From the human T2T-CHM13v2.0 reference genome, Homo sapiens: a stretch of 64,000 bases of DNA. Positions 59,814 to 64,000 of this stretch are shown piece after piece. The stretch lies in NCBI RefSeq assembly GCF_009914755.1, contig NC_060933.1; one strand, given 5' to 3'. Position 1 is the stretch's first letter. Each line of letters opens with the position of its first letter. The notes under the pieces are model-generated. The model had not been told where the DNA came from. It saw only the letters and a program-made list of their open reading frames with translations, and searched no databases. A program made the position numbers and the translations under genes.

Positions 59814-61179
59814 TCTATTATCCCTTTAGGGTTGGATAGCTGAGCTGGAAGGAAGAAGTGAAGCAAAAGGAGGAGGAACCTGAGAGATGGGGGTGATGGC
59901 AAAGTCTAGGGAATACACTTTACCAGCCAGCATGTGGTTTGTCCTGCTCTTTTGTCCCTCTGCTACAAGATCGGCCGTGTCCTAAATGGAAGCTGCTCTG
60001 TCAATCTGAACATCAGAGTGAAGATGACATGGAGAGAGGCAGCAGCTGGCTCATTACAGACATGTATAATATTATGAGCATGTAGCTTTTGTAGAACTAG
60101 AGGTCTTTTGTTGTCACCACATAATCTGTCCAATCCTGACATACACACAACTTGCTCTGAGGGTGTGAGTTCTATAAAGGCAGACCATGTCATATTTGAT
60201 TTGTACCCCCGGCACCCAGCACAATGCTAAGCACACAATAAATACTCAAGTAATATTGGATGAATGAAGCCTTTCTAGACTTCATCTGTACAATAAAGAA
60301 GTTGGAGTAGATGTACTACAGGGTATCTTCAAAGGCTAGCATGCCATGATTTCTATAATTTCAGAAATAAAAGGTTCTGTTTCCTTCTGAAACACCCACA
60401 TGCCAAAGTCTCATTTCAGCCTGAATTCCTTGCTCTTCTAAGAAAAAGCCTTTGTACATGGCTGTATATGCTTACAGGATTGCAAGAACTGCTTAAGGTT
60501 TTAAAATCCAGACTATACAGGCAAGAAATTAAATACTAAGAACACCTTATCTGTCTCTGAGTATTGTGACCCTGAGTGATGTCTCCAATCCCTACCCACT
60601 GTTGCTGCTGACTTGGGCAAGTATACCTGCTGTTCAAAGACCATCTGAAATTACCTCTAAGAAGGAATTGCTTTGAAAATGAAGCTTATAATTAAACAGC
60701 AATTGAAGTTTCCTGTGGTTTTATGCCCGGGTCTTATCTAATGCCTAAGTAGATAAACTGCATGGCTTAAAAATCAGAAAAGAACTGGATGTTTGTACAA
60801 GTGACAGGAGGTCTCCACTCAGCAATCTTGCTTCTTTAGGACCCAACTTTATTTCCAGCACTATTGTCAAAACACGTCCACAACACTGACATCAGCTCAG
60901 CCCTGCAGAAGTAACTACAAGAGAACCAAGGAACATTAGAGCTAAAATGAATCTTACCTAGCACCTCATTCAAAGTCTTTGTTTCATTAAGAAGTTGAAA
61001 CACAGGAAGGTAAAGTTATTTTCCTAGGGTCACCACCATAAGAGGGGATAATCAAAGGACTTAGGAGGTAAAACTATAATGACTTGGGTGACTTACTGGA
61101 TGTAGGCTGTTAGGGAGAGAAAGGAGTAGAGAACAATTGCAAATATTCTCAGTTGGCAAATGGAAGGAATGATGAGGTT

Positions 61180-61292
61180 GGGTTTGGAACATAATCCCAA
61201 AGGACACAATCCCAAACCCCACAATCCCTAATGTTGAAATCCCCATAGATCAAAATCACTAAAGTCTAAATCCCTGAAGTCTAAAGTCCCTA
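61180..61292 (+). mobile_element. Ricksha (MULE-MuDR) terminal fragment within L2 remnants
   Basis: GGGTTTGGAACATAATCCCAAA.GACACAATCCC... with repeated AATCCC units. Confidence 0.7.
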
Positions 61293-62499
61293 GCAAGTGT
61301 GAGGTGTCTGCATACCATCCAGATTAGAGATATCAAGCAGACAGTTGGATATTATAGATTTGGGGCTGAGGGAAAATGACAAAGCTAAAGAGAGAGTTTT
61401 GGGAGTCATCAGCCTATTCAGGCTGTTCGAGGCTATTACAGAATGAGAAGAAAGAGAAGAGAAATCAAGAAAGGGGAGAAGCAAGAATAGAACCCACAGA
61501 ACATCAGTATCTAAGGGGTTTGTTAAAATAAAAAATAAATAAAATAGGAGTTTATAAAGTAGCCTACAAATAAGTGACCAGGGAGATAGGAAGAAAACTA
61601 GGATAGAATGGTGTCAGTAAAAGAAACGGTTTTAAGAAGGGAAAAGTTTTCAATAATTGTAACACACGTAGCGAGCTGCTTCCCCAGTATTTAAAAGGAG
61701 CAGTATGCTGCTCCTTTTAAACAAAACCCTTTTTTCAGACCATCAGTGGATCTGGTAAATAAATAAACAACAATTTCCCAGGTACCTTTGTATCCCAAAG
61801 CTCATCCATCTCTGGTCAATTACAGGCAGATGCCTATCTACTTGGGGGGGCTGCCAGGAAAATTATTATTGTCCTCATACAAGTGGCCAAAGAACTGGCA
61901 CCTCACTTTTACCCTTTGCATTTTCTCCTTTCTTCCCTCCTAAATGATTCTATGCCTAAAGGTGCAGCAGCTGTCTAATGGTCATGAGTACAAAAGATAC
62001 AAAATAGATGATGGAGAGGAAAATGAGAAGGATCTGCTTCCTGATCCACCCCTTTGAAAGTGAGAAAGTTGGGAGTTGACCTTGGCTCCTCCCTTCATCT
62101 CACTTCACTGTGCTCCAAGACACTTCACTCAACCCTTAAATACCCTCAGATCTGCTTCCTTCCAACTCCTCTACCAGCCCGACATTGTTAAGGCCACATC
62201 ATGTCTTGCCCGGCTTACTGAACTTCTCAGCTTACTGAACAAGACTCCCGGCTTCCAGACTTACCAGCTCCAACCTATGCTCTCACCTGCCGCCCCTTTC
62301 AGTCAAACTGGAATGTTTTTGTATTGATCTTTGCTTAAAATACATCAAGCGTTCTTCATTGCCTAGTGGATAAAAAGTCCTTAGTCTCACAGCCTTTATG
62401 ATTTGTTTGGCTCCTGTCATACATGATGAAGACACTAATTATGATGACAAATATATATACATATACATGTGTACGTGTGTGCATGTGTGTGTAATTTTT

Positions 62500-62720
62500 G
62501 TACACAGACTATGTACCAAGCATTGTGCTAGGAACTTTACGTTTATTTAATCCTCACAATGTTTCCTCATATATTTGGTATTAATCTCATTTTACAGATA
62601 GGACGACTGATTCTCAGAGAGGTTAAGTCACTTGCCCAGGAATATACAGCTAGTTTAACTGGGGAAGGCCTGGATGTGAAAATTCTTTCCAGTAAATCAG
62701 TGTCTTGACATGAAAGCATG
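62500..62720 (-). mobile_element. MIR SINE
   Basis: CATTTTACAGAT...CTCAGAGAGGTTAAGTCACTTGCCCA. Confidence 0.75.
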
Positions 62721-62804
62721 TACCGCTCATCAACCTGTTCTCCACCGCCCTCCTCTATCCTAAATGGGCAGCCCTGTTGAAGAATCACAGCCAAAGCCAG
62801 TCTT

Positions 62805-64000
62805 GCCCCCCGGGGCCAGAGGAATCCATCTGCCCCTGCCTACCAGAGCGGGAGGAACGCAGGCTCTCAATGCCTGCTTCAGCAAGGGAGGAGAGAATCG
62901 CCCAGAGCTGAGCGGCGTCGTAGGGTGGTGGTCCTGACCGGTCAAGGCCCCTTCTCCTCGTGAACTGGGGGCCAGGGAGCCCTTCTCCCTGTCCCCCCGG
63001 CACCACAGCGCTGTAGAAGTGAAATCCCGGCTCCAAGGTCACCCTCTCCCGAGCCTGGAGCTGGAAAGCCACGGGGACTCCGGGGACTCCCCCAAGGCCC
63101 GGACTAGCCTGGCACCCACCCCTCACCACTAACCCACTCCGCCTGGGCGCTGGTTCTGTGCGCTCCCGCGGCGCAGTCGCTCCGCTGCAAGAGCGCTTTC
63201 GCGCGCCGCCACCGCCCAGAGCCGGGACCAAAGCAGTCCTCGGGCACCGGCTCCCCGAGGGACACACACCCCCCCGCGCCCCGAGTCGAGGGGTTGAGAG
63301 AAGGGCGGTCGGGGAGCCCCTGGGCCTGCCGTCAGTCACCCGGATTTGTAACTGGAGAAGGGTGCGGGTCCCGGAGGGACATCTCCAGCTGGCACCTAAC
63401 TCCTCGGATCCCGGACTGGGAGCCCGAGCTCGGATATTGCAACGGCTGCCCCGTGGGCAAACCGACCCTGGTTTCCGACTCCGGCCACTGGCAGCCTCGC
63501 GCCCCAGACCCTTCCCGGGCACGGAAGCGGGTCAGGTCGCCCTGCTCAGCCTCCGGAACGGCGGCGGCACAAACCCCGGCCGCTCCCAGCAGCCCCGACG
63601 AGACCCCGGGCAGCGCCTGCCGCCGGGTGGCCTCCCTCTGGGGCTGACCCCCTCGCGCCCCCGCGCGTCTGTCTGCGTTTCTGAGCCTGCTCTGACAGTG
63701 ATGTAACAAGGCCAGGCTCGCGCCGCGTCCCCTCTTTCCCAGACTCAGTGCTCCCTCCTCCTCCCGCGCCCCGCGCTCTGCGCGCTGAGCTGGCGCCGGG
63801 CTCCGCTTGCACAGCACCGGGACCGACGGGCACTGCTGGGAGAGCCGCTCTCCCAGGTTCCACCTCCCCGATGCAGAGTCCGTGGGGGAAACCAGGCTTT
63901 CCTCCCAGAACCAAGGGAGCGAGCCGAGGGGGCAGCTGCTGTGGGGGCTTCTGAGGAGACAGCCTGGCTTCTTTCCCTACTTCCTGGAGAGGGCAGGAAA
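62805..64000. promoter_or_regulatory. CpG island, probable gene promoter/5' end (gene not identified)
   Basis: Sharp rise in GC and CpG density over more than 1 kb in non-repeat sequence; runs to the window edge. Confidence 0.85.

Noticed and set aside
61190-61292. Periodic AATCCC/AAAGTC units resembling a repeat-spacer array
   Set aside because: Explained by the Ricksha transposon terminus; not CRISPR-like, and the context is eukaryotic
63812-63825. REST/RE1-like CAGCACC-G-GGACCG
   Set aside because: Spacer is 1 nt rather than 2 and the right half deviates from GGACAG
62785-63954. Overlapping ORFs of up to 245 aa in the CpG island
   Set aside because: Pro/Arg/Gly/Ala-rich on both strands with no recognisable domain; long open frames are expected in GC-rich, stop-poor DNA

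Overview
Primate (very likely human) repeat-rich, largely intergenic DNA with no recognisable host protein-coding exon. It ends in a CpG island/probable promoter (about 62.8-64 kb) whose gene I cannot name. Main contents: a full-length ~6.0 kb L1 (L1PA2-like; ORF1 open, ORF2 disrupted, ORF0 truncated), a 5'-truncated processed RPS11 pseudogene, about 17 Alu/monomer copies, solo LTRs (MER11, LTR1/27/28 group, MSTA, MLT1/MLT2, LTR33-, LTR41- and MER54/74-like), DNA transposons (MER20, MER5A, MADE1, Ricksha) and many old L1/L2/MIR fragments. Almost all small ORFs in the track are repeat-derived. I found no evidence for a new gene system. The most unusual signals are structural: (1) a patchwork insertion at about 48.5-48.7 kb built from direct and inverted copies of nearby sequence; (2) an apparent inversion at about 50.0-53.2 kb that split one AluJ and one old L1 onto opposite strands; (3) a microhomology-deleted MER11 LTR, a template-switch scar in an AluSc, closely spaced inverted Alus and a near-perfect 32-bp palindrome. 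Repeat subfamily calls rest on remembered consensus sequences and need RepeatMasker/Dfam confirmation. Boundaries of old repeats are approximate.
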